Shown: positions 52,673 through 62,668 of the stretch, piece after piece
Position numbering within the stretch: the first letter of the stretch is position 1
Layout of the letters: every line of letters starts with the position of its first letter
DNA from: a virus
Direction: 5' to 3' (one strand)
Virus record (IMG/VR): IMGVR_UViG_3300045988_154953
Length of the DNA stretch: 64,000 nt
The notes under the pieces: model-generated
The model's database searches: none
The model's input: the letters and a program-made list of their open reading frames with translations, nothing else
Told to the model about the DNA's origin: nothing
Made by a program: the position numbers and the translations under genes

Positions 52673-53320
52673 ATGAGTAGCTGGACTTACATAAACGGTA
52701 CTATTACAGCAGAACCATTAGGACGAACGCAAGCTGAAAAAAGATATATTCTCGAAACAGTTTTAAATCATTTACCCATTGTCACAGGATCTGAAGGAAA
52801 TATGGATGTATATATCATTCAAAAAAATGGTTATAACAGTTCATTATCGCACGATGAGTTTGGAGAAAGAACCAATAATTTAGTAGATAGATATGGCAAT
52901 AAATCTTTTGATAGAGGGTGGATGAGAGTTCAGGATGAATATATCTTAGTCGTCAATGCTGCATTACGAGACAGAGAATTTGGTCAGACGTATAGAGAAT
53001 TCATAAAGTGGCTTGTAAGGCTCTGCAAACGAGTGATGTGTGAAGATGTCCTTGTTGAGATAAAGGGTTATAACAAGTCAACAGTAATCAAAGATAGAAA
53101 TATTCAAAATAAAGCGTATTCCTGGAAGAGTGTATTCGATAGTTTGTTTGAGGATCCAAGTTGGTGTAATAAAACCGAAGAACCTAATTGGACAGAATAT
53201 CTTATGTGGGACAGAGCTAAAGATTCATATTATCCAATGAAGCTGGCATATAAGTATTTTAATGATGAAGAAAATGACAAAGAAGTCGAGAGAAGAAAAA
53301 CATGGAGAAAGCATGAGTAA
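52673..53320 (+). CDS. hypothetical protein
   Basis: tiled + strand ORF. Confidence 0.65.
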   Translation: MSSWTYINGTITAEPLGRTQAEKRYILETVLNHLPIVTGSEGNMDVYIIQKNGYNSSLSHDEFGERTNNLVDRYGNKSFDRGWMRVQDEYILVVNAALRDREFGQTYREFIKWLVRLCKRVMCEDVLVEIKGYNKSTVIKDRNIQNKAYSWKSVFDSLFEDPSWCNKTEEPNWTEYLMWDRAKDSYYPMKLAYKYFNDEENDKEVERRKTWRKHE

Positions 53321-53558
53321 TAAAATTGATAGGGTGTTGTCGATAGATATAAATTGTATATATACTCCAGACAATGAAAATTTATATCCAATAACGTTAC
53401 ATATGGAACAGCTTTCTAATTGCACAATTAGATTTTCAGATAATGGGAAAACATCAAATGATTTTAAAATAGATGAATCACAAGTCCTTAGTAATTTAAA
53501 AATAAAAACAGATTCGGCCTCATGTAAGTTTAAAGAAACAGTTTGCGCAGGTATATAA
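53313..53558 (+). CDS. hypothetical protein
   Basis: ORF 53262..53558; ATG 53313 follows GGAGAAAG and overlaps the upstream stop. Confidence 0.5.
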   Translation: MSNKIDRVLSIDINCIYTPDNENLYPITLHMEQLSNCTIRFSDNGKTSNDFKIDESQVLSNLKIKTDSASCKFKETVCAGI

Positions 53559-53864
53559 ATGAAATTTAAAGAAAAGTTATATATATTTTTAGAACGATCT
53601 AAGTTGTCAAATTCAGAATATTTGACAATGAAAGAAAAAGCAAAAAAATTTGATGAGATGTTAGCTGCAATTAGTATGGAAACAAACGCAGAATACTTAC
53701 CTGTTGAACGCCCAAATGGATGTGTCATTGCAAAAGTACTGATATCAAAAAGTTTGACTATTTCTGTTAATATACCAGACTTAATGAAAGGTGCAGGTAT
53801 TGTATATGATAGACAGCTTACGAATATAAAGGTTATCGAAGAAGAAAAGAATGGAGACAAATGA
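53559..53864 (+). CDS. hypothetical protein
   Basis: TAAATG junction with the upstream gene. Confidence 0.55.
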   Translation: MKFKEKLYIFLERSKLSNSEYLTMKEKAKKFDEMLAAISMETNAEYLPVERPNGCVIAKVLISKSLTISVNIPDLMKGAGIVYDRQLTNIKVIEEEKNGDK

Positions 53865-53868
53865 ATAA

Positions 53869-54432
53869 ATGAGTTCAACAAAAGATAATACATATACTGA
53901 CACAGATGAAAGAACATTTTATTTATCAGATGATGTTGATAATGAATCTGTTGGTAAATTAGTATGGAATATTTTATATCAGATTCGAAAAGATGATGAA
54001 AAAGACGAAAAGGAAAAAGAATATAAACGTGATCCAATTAGGTTATATATTAATTCCTATGGCGGAAATGTCTATGATATGTGGGGACTGATTGATATTA
54101 TTCTTAATAGTAAAACACCAATTTACACATACTGCACTGGATATGCCATGAGTGGAGCCTTTAAAATTTTCTTAGCAGGACATAAAAGATATTGTTATAA
54201 ACATTCAACATTTATGTATCATCAGATGAATTGTTGGCGAAGTGGCAAATATCAGGATTTAGTAGAAAACAGAGAAGAAATGGATTGGTTAAATAAAAAA
54301 ATCGAAGAGTATGTAATTAATAGAACTAATCTTACTGAATGTGATATTAAGGATATTCGTGAAAAGAAAAAAGATTTCTATATTCATTCTGACAAAGCAA
54401 TCAATTTTGGAATTGTAGACGAGGTTTTATAA
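53869..54432 (+). CDS. clpP: ClpP-family serine protease
   Basis: INSYGGNVYDMWGLIDII, nucleophile context TGYAMSGAF, His context FMYHQ. Confidence 0.7.
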   Translation: MSSTKDNTYTDTDERTFYLSDDVDNESVGKLVWNILYQIRKDDEKDEKEKEYKRDPIRLYINSYGGNVYDMWGLIDIILNSKTPIYTYCTGYAMSGAFKIFLAGHKRYCYKHSTFMYHQMNCWRSGKYQDLVENREEMDWLNKKIEEYVINRTNLTECDIKDIREKKKDFYIHSDKAINFGIVDEVL

Positions 54433-54449
54433 AACAAGGAGGTTTCACT

Positions 54450-54623
54450 ATGAGTAGCATTTCTGCTGGCGAATTAAAATATATCCTCAGTAGGTATCCA
54501 GATGATTATGAAGTTATCATGGAAATCACCACAAAGTACGATGTTGAAGCAGGAACGACTATTTCCTTCATCAATGGAATGAAAGTAAATCATGAAACCA
54601 AAGAAATTAGATTGATGAATTAG
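54450..54623 (+). CDS. small hypothetical protein (57 aa)
   Basis: ATG behind AAGGAGG. Confidence 0.45.
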   Translation: MSSISAGELKYILSRYPDDYEVIMEITTKYDVEAGTTISFINGMKVNHETKEIRLMN

Positions 54624-54634
54624 GAGATTGAATT

Positions 54635-55213
54635 TTGAAAATAGATAAAAATAATCCAAATAGAGATTTTTTCTTACACAATTTGAAAAATATTATAAAA
54701 ACCGACAATGGATATATTCTTCAGAAGTGTTACAAAGAATTAGATAATGAAGAAATTATTGCGATAGGTGATGCTTCTTTAATGGACTATTCAAAGCACA
54801 ATTGCGATATATGTATCCATCATACTTCACTGGATTCTTGTTTAATCAGAAATCAATTAGAAAAACTACCACCAAATCATTTTAGATATTGTAATACCAT
54901 AAACAAGTGTGATGCCTATGAACCGATTCAGGAGCTTACCATTATAAAATCTAAAGAAGAAATGGTTCAGTTTATTGAAAAGACAGAGAATTTCTTTGGA
55001 TGTCCAGAGGATTATGAAAGCTATTATGGTTTTGAACGAATCTGGGACGAAGAAGGAGATGGCAGCATTCTTGAGACAACTAGAGAATATTACGATAGAG
55101 GTGGCGATTTTACAAACATTCCTGATAAGTTCCCGTGCGTAATATATTTTGGAATAATCGATGATGATTGTGTAAGAAGTGATCATTTAAAATGGATTTA
55201 CATTGGAAAATAA
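54635..55213 (+). CDS. hypothetical protein
   Basis: TTG start behind TAGGAGA. Confidence 0.6.
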   Translation: MKIDKNNPNRDFFLHNLKNIIKTDNGYILQKCYKELDNEEIIAIGDASLMDYSKHNCDICIHHTSLDSCLIRNQLEKLPPNHFRYCNTINKCDAYEPIQELTIIKSKEEMVQFIEKTENFFGCPEDYESYYGFERIWDEEGDGSILETTREYYDRGGDFTNIPDKFPCVIYFGIIDDDCVRSDHLKWIYIGK

Positions 55214-55217
55214 GATT

Positions 55218-55595
55218 ATGGATAGATTAAGAGAAATTGGAACTATATCTGGAAAATATAGAGATTTAGAACATGAGATCAGAAGACTATTAAAAAATGA
55301 ATATGATGCATATATTCAAGAAAAACAAAATTTTACAATAAATCCATATCATTGGAGTAATAATAAGCGAAGAATGTATGGTCTCTGTACATTAAGGGGA
55401 AATGCAAATAAATTTCGTTCAAAAAAATTTCAATCGTTTAGAATAAATGATTGTATTTTCGATTTTATTACAGATGTAATGGATGAGTGTATTAAAAATG
55501 AAATTTTAGAATCATTAAACTATTTTGTTGAAATAAATGATATCACTTTAGGAGATAAAGATTTTGTTTGGAATTACAAACAGGAGGAAGTTTAA
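55218..55595 (+). CDS. hypothetical protein
   Basis: ORF 55203..55595; first ATG after the upstream stop. Confidence 0.55.
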   Translation: MDRLREIGTISGKYRDLEHEIRRLLKNEYDAYIQEKQNFTINPYHWSNNKRRMYGLCTLRGNANKFRSKKFQSFRINDCIFDFITDVMDECIKNEILESLNYFVEINDITLGDKDFVWNYKQEEV

Positions 55596-55598
55596 ATT

Positions 55599-55943
55599 AT
55601 GGATAGATTGTTACGAGAAAGTGATGTAATAAAAGTGATAAATGAACATACGAATGATGGAAAAATTGATAAGGATATTAGATACATTCTTGAAAATATC
55701 GAGACAGCATCTATAGATATTCCACCTTTAATGCTGAATGCAGAAAGGTCAGAAGCGTGTGATGAAAGTCCAAGGCCAAGGAAAGAAAAACGAGTGCAGT
55801 TATTCGAAAATAATAATCTTATCTTGGATCATCGTGGAAACAAATATTACTTATCATTCTTTGATGATGATGGTAAATTTCGTAGAGAAGTTACAATTAT
55901 ATTAAAGGATGACTATAAAGTTGTACTTTCTAATGGACAATAG
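55599..55943 (+). CDS. hypothetical protein
   Basis: tiled + strand ORF behind CAGGAGGA. Confidence 0.6.
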   Translation: MDRLLRESDVIKVINEHTNDGKIDKDIRYILENIETASIDIPPLMLNAERSEACDESPRPRKEKRVQLFENNNLILDHRGNKYYLSFFDDDGKFRREVTIILKDDYKVVLSNGQ

Positions 55944-55953
55944 GTAATTAATA

Positions 55954-56157
55954 ATGGAAAAGTTATTGATAGATAGTATAGAGTATCAACAAAAAGTTTT
56001 GGATTGTATAGGCTCTGGAGAAATTGATAAATTTTTTGGAGTAACCTATTTTAAAAATCTTCCAGAGTCCGATGTGTGCAAACAAGCTATGATTTATGGA
56101 ATGACTATTGCATCTATGATAACAAGTAGATGTGATCGAATCGTCATTAAGGTATGA
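55954..56157 (+). CDS. hypothetical protein
   Basis: tiled + strand ORF. Confidence 0.5.
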   Translation: MEKLLIDSIEYQQKVLDCIGSGEIDKFFGVTYFKNLPESDVCKQAMIYGMTIASMITSRCDRIVIKV

Positions 56158-56272
56158 TCAATGGTAAGAATAAAATTCAAAAATGGTAGTTATAATGATG
56201 GAATGGATTCATTTAATGCTGCATTAGGTAGTTTTTCAATGTTTAAAGATTTAGTGGAGTTAAAAGATTGAT

Positions 56273-56560
56273 ATGAAAGTAATTGAATTAATCAATAGAC
56301 TAAACGAAATTGGTTATGATGAAAATACTGAATTGACGTTTAGTTGTATAGATGGCGATTCTGGAGAATATTATGATATTCCATTTGAAGAAATTTCTTG
56401 TGGAGAAGACCTCACAGGTGAACCTTATTGTAATGATGTGATTGATATTGAAGTAAATGTCGATGCAGCGGAAGACTATATAAAAGACAAATCGAATAAC
56501 CGCGTATATGATATAGTTAATCATTTAATAGAAGTTTTAAAAGGATATGATCTGTATTAA
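56273..56560 (+). CDS. hypothetical acidic protein
   Basis: tiled + strand ORF. Confidence 0.55.
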   Translation: MKVIELINRLNEIGYDENTELTFSCIDGDSGEYYDIPFEEISCGEDLTGEPYCNDVIDIEVNVDAAEDYIKDKSNNRVYDIVNHLIEVLKGYDLY

Positions 56561-56670
56561 ACAAAATCGAAAATCATAACAACTATATATAGTGTACATA
56601 TGATATATACAGACTATATATAGATATAAAAAGCTATTGAAATTCCGATTTCAATTGGAGGTGGAGAAAA

Positions 56671-57204
56671 ATGAATTTAAAATCAAAAAACGAGCAATCA
56701 AATAAAAAAACAAAAGTAACAAGTCTCGATATTATAGTAACTATGTATGGAGATAAACCATATTATGAAATTAAATACAAAAAATTGGGAGATGATTCTT
56801 ATTATATCGGTTACAGTTCTTTTAGTTTGAATCTTGTTCTTGATTGGAAGAGGGAACATTTCGAATTAGTTGAATGTAGAGATAGTGATAATTACGAAAC
56901 GATTATTGAACGATTAGAGCGTTTTGTAGATGCTCTTGATGAGGGGATTGATTCTATCTATGAACATCCCATGACAAATAAAGAAATTATTGATTATTTG
57001 GTATCGACTGGATTATACGAAAACACTGAAGGTGATATGTTCTATGAAAAGAAAATGCTTGATGAAAATAAAACAGTTCCAATTAGAGATTTGGTAGAAA
57101 GATTTGTTGATGTAGATAAGGAATTTAATGGAGAACCTTGGAACATCATGCAAATTCTAAAGAATATAGACATGGTTATTCCAGTAGAGGATAGAAAATG
57201 TTGA
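56671..57204 (+). CDS. hypothetical protein
   Basis: TTGGAGGTGGAG RBS. Confidence 0.65.
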   Translation: MNLKSKNEQSNKKTKVTSLDIIVTMYGDKPYYEIKYKKLGDDSYYIGYSSFSLNLVLDWKREHFELVECRDSDNYETIIERLERFVDALDEGIDSIYEHPMTNKEIIDYLVSTGLYENTEGDMFYEKKMLDENKTVPIRDLVERFVDVDKEFNGEPWNIMQILKNIDMVIPVEDRKC

Positions 57205-57302
57205 AATTGTAGCAGAAGAAAATTTTACCAAAGAGGATGTAAAATTGAGCATGATGCTGCGGTTGCTTATGATTTGGATATTATTTATGAGGAGGATTAA
57301 TT

Positions 57303-57608
57303 ATGATTATTACAGGAATGGATCACTTTCAGAGTGTATGTAAAAAGAAACTTGTTGAGTGGTACAACAATAGTGTTAAATGGCGCAACAATAATAGACG
57401 AGTAGATGCTCCCCAGATACCACAGATTGATTTAAGTAATGTATTTATTGTTTGGTCATGTAAGACTTTGCAGAATTACAAGTGCCTTGCATCAACTACC
57501 GTCAGTGGAGATGGAATCTATGCTGAATATACATACAATGGTGACAAACAGGAGCTGTATGAAGATGTGTACAAGAAGCTGACGAATACTTGTCATACAA
57601 AGGAATAG
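57303..57608 (+). CDS. hypothetical protein; intact paralog of the IS-split gene
   Basis: C-terminal FIVWSCKTLQNYKCLASTTVSGDGIYAEYTYNGDKQELYEDVYKK matches 38231..38383. Confidence 0.65.
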   Translation: MIITGMDHFQSVCKKKLVEWYNNSVKWRNNNRRVDAPQIPQIDLSNVFIVWSCKTLQNYKCLASTTVSGDGIYAEYTYNGDKQELYEDVYKKLTNTCHTKE

Positions 57609-57720
57609 ATGAAATTTTATAAAATTGGTATCTCCTAAAACCATTAGAAAATAAGGGATTTAGAAATCAAAAAAGTGAACAAATCATATTATACGATTAG
57701 TTGGAAAGAGGTAAAATAAT

Positions 57721-57981
57721 ATGCCAGAGAAATTTTCAGTACAAGTCAAGAAAATAAATATTCAAGAATTTAATACTCAAATACAGAATTTTGAAAAATA
57801 TAATGATTTCAAACCATATATTTTTGTAAATCACGAAACAATAAAAGAATTAGATTCTATTATTGGAAGTGGAAGTGAACTTTGTACCTTTAAGGAATCT
57901 AATTGTTTTGTAGGAAAATTCACAGGACATAAAGTATATCAGGATAACACGTTAGGATATGGCGAGGTTGAATTGAGGTGA
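57721..57981 (+). CDS. hypothetical protein
   Basis: tiled + strand ORF behind AAGAGGT. Confidence 0.55.
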   Translation: MPEKFSVQVKKINIQEFNTQIQNFEKYNDFKPYIFVNHETIKELDSIIGSGSELCTFKESNCFVGKFTGHKVYQDNTLGYGEVELR

Positions 57982-57985
57982 GAAT

Positions 57986-58354
57986 TTGAGTTGTAAGTAT
58001 CCAGAAAATAGTAGAAGTTATATGTTTTGTATTGGATGTAAAGAAGCAGATTCTTGTTCAAGTTCAACATTCAACATTCCAATGCCAGATAATGTAAAGC
58101 CACCAAAAAATTCTATTCCAACAGCTGCTGAAGCAAAAAATGTAACTGAGTTGGCTATAGAGAATTCTATCACCAAACAATTAGAAGAATTATCATTTAA
58201 AATAAATACAGCAATTCATAAAGGAAAATATGACATTACAAACGATGGTATTTTGGATCTAGAAGTAAAAAGAAGATTAGAAGATCTCGGTTATAATATT
58301 ACAATTGGGAATCAATATAACGAATCATATTATACGATTAGTTGGAAAGGATGA
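57986..58354 (+). CDS. hypothetical protein
   Basis: TTG start behind GAGGTGAG. Confidence 0.55.
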   Translation: MSCKYPENSRSYMFCIGCKEADSCSSSTFNIPMPDNVKPPKNSIPTAAEAKNVTELAIENSITKQLEELSFKINTAIHKGKYDITNDGILDLEVKRRLEDLGYNITIGNQYNESYYTISWKG

Positions 58355-58359
58355 AAATA

Positions 58360-58593
58360 ATGAAGCCATTAATTTATTTCGATTTTGAAGAATGTAGTGA
58401 TAAAGATAGCGTAATAATCAAAAAATGTAGATTAGAGGAAATTTTAGATGAAGTATATCAGGCTGGATGTGAAGATGGGATGAGAGGATATCCGATTTCT
58501 AAATATACTTATACCACAACAAATAATAAATTAAAAATCAATAGTGATGCTCTTGGTAAAAGGTCTGATATTGAATTTACATGTAATGGATAA
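58360..58593 (+). CDS. hypothetical protein
   Basis: ORF 58342..58593; ATG 58360 has the best spacing from GGAAAGG. Confidence 0.5.
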   Translation: MKPLIYFDFEECSDKDSVIIKKCRLEEILDEVYQAGCEDGMRGYPISKYTYTTTNNKLKINSDALGKRSDIEFTCNG

Positions 58594-58632
58594 TATTTTA
58601 GATGAAAGCGTTGTTTCAACTGGTGCATTTTT

Positions 58633-58806
58633 ATGGAAAAAGTTATAAATGGACGAAAAATCATTGAAATTGCTTTAAATCCTATGTATACGACAAATGA
58701 TGATTATAAAAGCCTGGAAAATCAAGGATTTAGAGTACGTTGGATGGAAGAGAATGAAGGTAATGATAAAAATATTTTTCAACTTATAGTTGATGAAAAC
58801 CAATGA
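58633..58806 (+). CDS. small hypothetical protein (57 aa)
   Basis: open frame between neighbours; weak RBS. Confidence 0.35.
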   Translation: MEKVINGRKIIEIALNPMYTTNDDYKSLENQGFRVRWMEENEGNDKNIFQLIVDENQ

Positions 58807-58820
58807 AAGGTTGATTTCAA

Positions 58821-59009
58821 ATGAAAAGGTTAATTAATTATATACGAAGTTGCTTTTGCAAACATGACTGGGAATTAATTTTTGATACTTATGCATATGG
58901 AGAACATTTAGATGGAACACCTTATAAATATCCATTATATCGTATGAAAACTTATCGTTGTAAAAAATGTGGAATAGAGAAGAAATATAAAAGCTGTGAT
59001 AACAGTTGA
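58821..59009 (+). CDS. zinc-ribbon protein
   Basis: CFCKH...CKKCG. Confidence 0.5.
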   Translation: MKRLINYIRSCFCKHDWELIFDTYAYGEHLDGTPYKYPLYRMKTYRCKKCGIEKKYKSCDNS

Positions 59010-59054
59010 AAGAAATCTTTCATGGGATGTGTGAAAGAATGGTGGTAAATTAAA

Positions 59055-60386
59055 ATGGAGGCTATGAACTGGAACCCGGTATTAAGCAAGTTTGTAGAAA
59101 TTAAAAATGAATTCAAAAAGAAACTTGGATATATAACTTACTATTATACTGAAGGTTACACAAACGAATCTCAAACTTGTTTAGAAAGATGGGTAGAATA
59201 TTTAAATGGTATTAAGCCGTTTAATCAATATCAAGAGTATGCAGATTTGCTTTCATGTCTTGAATTAAATCAATATGGAGATTTTCTTCTTTTAAGATAT
59301 GGAAGATATAGTAACATTTATGATGGTGAAATTGAAAAGTCTGGTGAGGATTTTTGGGATAGATATGAGGGTTTTTACAGAGAATGTAGAAGTATAGTAA
59401 TTGATGTAAAAAATGATTGTATTGTACTTTGCCCATTTCGCAAATTTTTTAATCTAAATGAGTTAGAAGAAACTAGTGAAGAAAACATTAATAAAAGAAT
59501 TGAGAACGCATCACTTATAGAATTTTCAAATAAATTAGATGGATCGATGCAAACAGCTACATGGTACGATGGTAAAATTATTATGGCTGGAAGTCAAGCA
59601 ATAAATCCAGAAAAATCGTGGAGATTACAGGATGGATACAGAATGATTCAAGCGTTGCCTGGATATGAGCAAATGCTTAAAATGCATCCTAACTTTACAT
59701 TTATATTTGAATATATCTCTTTGGCCGATGCTCATGTAGTAAAATATAAAAAAGAGCAAGAAGGTCTATATCTTATTGGTATTAGAGATAATTTAACAGG
59801 ACATGAACTTAGTTATCGTAAGGTGATAGATATTGCTAATCATTTTAATATTCCAACAACGGTATTATTTGATAAAACACTTGGACAAATCTTAAATGAA
59901 TTAGATAACAAAAGTTCAGAAGAAGCAGAAGGCTTTGTTATTAACATTGATGAATATAAAGTTAAAGTGAAATATAATGATTATGTACATATTCATAAAG
60001 CACTGTCTAAACTCTCTTCAATAAATCTTATTATTCGTTCTATTGCAGATGATCAGTACGATGATCTCTTATCTAAACTTCCAGCAGCTTATCATGATAG
60101 TGTAAAAAAAGTAGCTGCTATCGTATTCAGATATATAAAAGATACAGAACGAACTTCTAACGAATATTTTCAGCAAGCTCCAAAAACTAGTCAAAAAGAA
60201 TTCATGATCTGGATTGATAGAAATGTTCCTAAAAAGTTCCGTGGATTTTGTAGGGAATTGTATTTTGGAAACGAAATTAATGTAATTAAATTCAATCAAT
60301 CTGGAGATCCAAAATATTTAAAATTAAATCAAATGGGAGTAAATGATTACTCTACATTATTCACACAGGAGGAAGAAAATGAGTAA
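59055..60386 (+). CDS. ATP-dependent RNA ligase (Rnl1/T4 RnlA-like nucleotidyltransferase)
   Basis: motif I FSNKLDGSM (KxDG), motif IV EGFVINI, motif V KVKVKYNDY; 443 aa. Confidence 0.65.
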   Translation: MEAMNWNPVLSKFVEIKNEFKKKLGYITYYYTEGYTNESQTCLERWVEYLNGIKPFNQYQEYADLLSCLELNQYGDFLLLRYGRYSNIYDGEIEKSGEDFWDRYEGFYRECRSIVIDVKNDCIVLCPFRKFFNLNELEETSEENINKRIENASLIEFSNKLDGSMQTATWYDGKIIMAGSQAINPEKSWRLQDGYRMIQALPGYEQMLKMHPNFTFIFEYISLADAHVVKYKKEQEGLYLIGIRDNLTGHELSYRKVIDIANHFNIPTTVLFDKTLGQILNELDNKSSEEAEGFVINIDEYKVKVKYNDYVHIHKALSKLSSINLIIRSIADDQYDDLLSKLPAAYHDSVKKVAAIVFRYIKDTERTSNEYFQQAPKTSQKEFMIWIDRNVPKKFRGFCRELYFGNEINVIKFNQSGDPKYLKLNQMGVNDYSTLFTQEEENE

Positions 60387-61269
60387 ACCTATACTTTGGG
60401 TTATGGTAGGACTTTCGGGAAGCGGTAAGTCAACGATTGCTAAAAAAATTGCTGCTGATAATCCTAATACACTAATAATATCGTCAGATAATATTCGTGA
60501 AGAAATAACCGGTGATTATGAAGACCAGGAACATAACGCAGAAGTATTTAATATTTTTCATGATAGAATTCTCAAGAATCTTGAAAATAAACAGAACGTC
60601 GTAGCCGATGCTACAAATCTTACAATAAAATCCCGTAGATCAATTTTGAATAAAGTGAATGGATTAGATATTGAGAAAATATGTGTTATTATTCCAAAAC
60701 CATTTGAAAAGTGTAAAGAAGATAATTTACATAGAGAGCATCCTGTACCAGAAGATGTATTAAATAAACAGCTCAGAAGATTTCAAGTACCATTTAAAGA
60801 AGAAGGGTGGAATGAAATTAAAATCCATTATTTACAAAAAGATGGATATGAACCAAATGAGATTCGTTTCTTAGATATGGAAAGTTTTGATCAGAAGAAC
60901 CCGCATCATACTATGGATTTACTTGAGCATTGTACACATGCAACAGACATGTTTATCGAAAAACACAAATATTCGCCAGAATTTATAATTGGTGCTTTAT
61001 ATCATGATATTGGTAAGCTGTACACACAAACATTTGATGAAAACGGTATAGCTCATTACTACCAGCATCATGCGGTCGGTTCATATTTGTATTTTACTAG
61101 TATGTATCCAATAGGGAATCCTGTATTAGATACATGTTTTCTTATCAACTATCATATGATGCCATTTAGTTGGGAAAGCGATAAGTCAAAGAAAAAGTGG
61201 AAAAAGATATTTGGTAATTATAAATATCAAATGCTTTTAGATTTTAATGAATGTGACAAGGCGAGATAG
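60379..61269 (+). CDS. P-loop polynucleotide kinase fused to an HD phosphohydrolase domain
   Basis: ATG 60379 overlaps the ligase stop; Walker A GLSGSGKST; C-terminal H...HDIGK (ALYHDIGKL) and YQHH. Confidence 0.65.
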   Translation: MSKPILWVMVGLSGSGKSTIAKKIAADNPNTLIISSDNIREEITGDYEDQEHNAEVFNIFHDRILKNLENKQNVVADATNLTIKSRRSILNKVNGLDIEKICVIIPKPFEKCKEDNLHREHPVPEDVLNKQLRRFQVPFKEEGWNEIKIHYLQKDGYEPNEIRFLDMESFDQKNPHHTMDLLEHCTHATDMFIEKHKYSPEFIIGALYHDIGKLYTQTFDENGIAHYYQHHAVGSYLYFTSMYPIGNPVLDTCFLINYHMMPFSWESDKSKKKWKKIFGNYKYQMLLDFNECDKAR

Positions 61270-61350
61270 GGATAATAGAACAGTAAAGGATATGATCTAT
61301 GAACTTATTAAGACATGTAGTGGTTCACAAGTGAGTAGGAGTGAAGCGAA

Positions 61351-61737
61351 TTGACGTTTGAAGAAAAAATACATGAATGTTGTCTACGATCAGATATAGC
61401 ATATGAAAAAATTCTTTTTTCTCCATGTGAAAAAGATTTGTATATCTTATATCCATCAGAATTAGCAAATGAACAGATTATTAAAGACAACATTCCAAAG
61501 ATGCTAAAAGTAATTAGAGAATATATAAAAGAGTCTGAGTTATATAATGGATACATGAATAGAGTTGATAAGTTTCATTTTGATTCACAGAAAACAGCAA
61601 TGATAAATGAAACGCATAGGCATCAAGAAAAAGCAGATGAACTGGCAGAAATTATGAATGAAGGAATTAGTCCTTATGCTTGGTATTATTATGATGTCAT
61701 GCAATATGGATATATTGTGTATTTAGATAATATTTAA
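61351..61737 (+). CDS. hypothetical protein
   Basis: TTG start behind TAGGAGTG. Confidence 0.55.
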   Translation: MTFEEKIHECCLRSDIAYEKILFSPCEKDLYILYPSELANEQIIKDNIPKMLKVIREYIKESELYNGYMNRVDKFHFDSQKTAMINETHRHQEKADELAEIMNEGISPYAWYYYDVMQYGYIVYLDNI

Positions 61738-61751
61738 GGAGGGAACTAACA

Positions 61752-61934
61752 ATGGCAGAAGCAACAAGATTATGTCCAGTTTGTAGGACAATCATGAAAT
61801 CAGCAGCTTACAAGGTTGGAAAACAAGATGGAGTTGAAAGATTGGAAAATAATATTTTTACACCTGATGGTGTTGGTATTATCGGAAAACTTTTAGTATG
61901 TCCGAAATGTGGGAATGTAGCAGTGGTGAAATAA
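61752..61934 (+). CDS. zinc-ribbon protein
   Basis: CPVCRT...CPKCG; AAGGAGGG RBS. Confidence 0.55.
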   Translation: MAEATRLCPVCRTIMKSAAYKVGKQDGVERLENNIFTPDGVGIIGKLLVCPKCGNVAVVK

Positions 61935-61937
61935 AGT

Positions 61938-62357
61938 ATGGAGAAAATAATTAGATATATGTGCGATTACTGCGGTGAATTGTTTAGCTCAGAAGATCGG
62001 TGTTTGGAACATGAAGAGTCACACGGGAAATCAGAAAAAGCCAATGAGATGCTTGATGCCGGTAATACGCTTGAAGAGATAAATACAGAATGCCATTTGT
62101 GGTCTGAAATACCTGATTATTTAAAGAATGTGACAAAAGATAATTGTTTCGTTATTAGTTATTGGCAATGTTGTGAAAAACCAGCTTACAGAATAGTTTC
62201 TATCACTCATAAAGGAAAATTGAGATTATTTGGTTGTGGTTCTTGGTCAGGTTATTACGGTAGTGAGTTAAATATCAGTGATAATAATTTAAAAAATCCA
62301 AGACTAAAAGAAGAGTTATTTGTTGATCCAAGATACGAAGAATTGTATGGATATTAG
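61938..62357 (+). CDS. protein with N-terminal C2H2-type zinc finger
   Basis: YMCDYCGELFSSEDRCLEHEESH. Confidence 0.6.
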   Translation: MEKIIRYMCDYCGELFSSEDRCLEHEESHGKSEKANEMLDAGNTLEEINTECHLWSEIPDYLKNVTKDNCFVISYWQCCEKPAYRIVSITHKGKLRLFGCGSWSGYYGSELNISDNNLKNPRLKEELFVDPRYEELYGY

Positions 62358-62366
62358 GAGTTTATT

Positions 62367-62663
62367 ATGAAAATTAAATCAGATGGTTATTTTGGAGAAA
62401 ACATAACATTTACATGCGATCATTGTGCATGTATGTATGAAGTTGAATCAAAAGATGATTGGAAAATAAATCAAATTTCAACTCTAGCAGATTATGGTTT
62501 CAAAAAGATTCCAGAATACAATGTTGTTTGTCCAAAATGTAAGTGTGAAAAATATTTAGGTTTTCAGACAACAGATGTGCCATTCATGATTAATGGAATT
62601 ATTGACATTTTATCAGAGCGAAAAGATTGGGAAACAAGATTTCAAGTAAAATTAGAGGGTTAA
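62367..62663 (+). CDS. zinc-ribbon protein
   Basis: CDHCAC...CPKCKC; TAGGAG RBS. Confidence 0.55.
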   Translation: MKIKSDGYFGENITFTCDHCACMYEVESKDDWKINQISTLADYGFKKIPEYNVVCPKCKCEKYLGFQTTDVPFMINGIIDILSERKDWETRFQVKLEG

Positions 62664-62668
62664 TGAAT

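Noticed and set aside
53225-54037. 270-aa minus-strand ORF, and the many other minus-strand ORFs in the track (for example 22265..22774, 51618..52067, 38565..38978, 44351..44752, 30799..31197, 7873..8283)
   Set aside because: Every one lies antisense to a + strand ORF that has an RBS, recognisable motifs or tight tiling. Their translations are low-complexity (Ile/Phe/Ser/Leu-rich), as expected from the reverse complement of AT-rich coding sequence. None has a plausible RBS or family signature.
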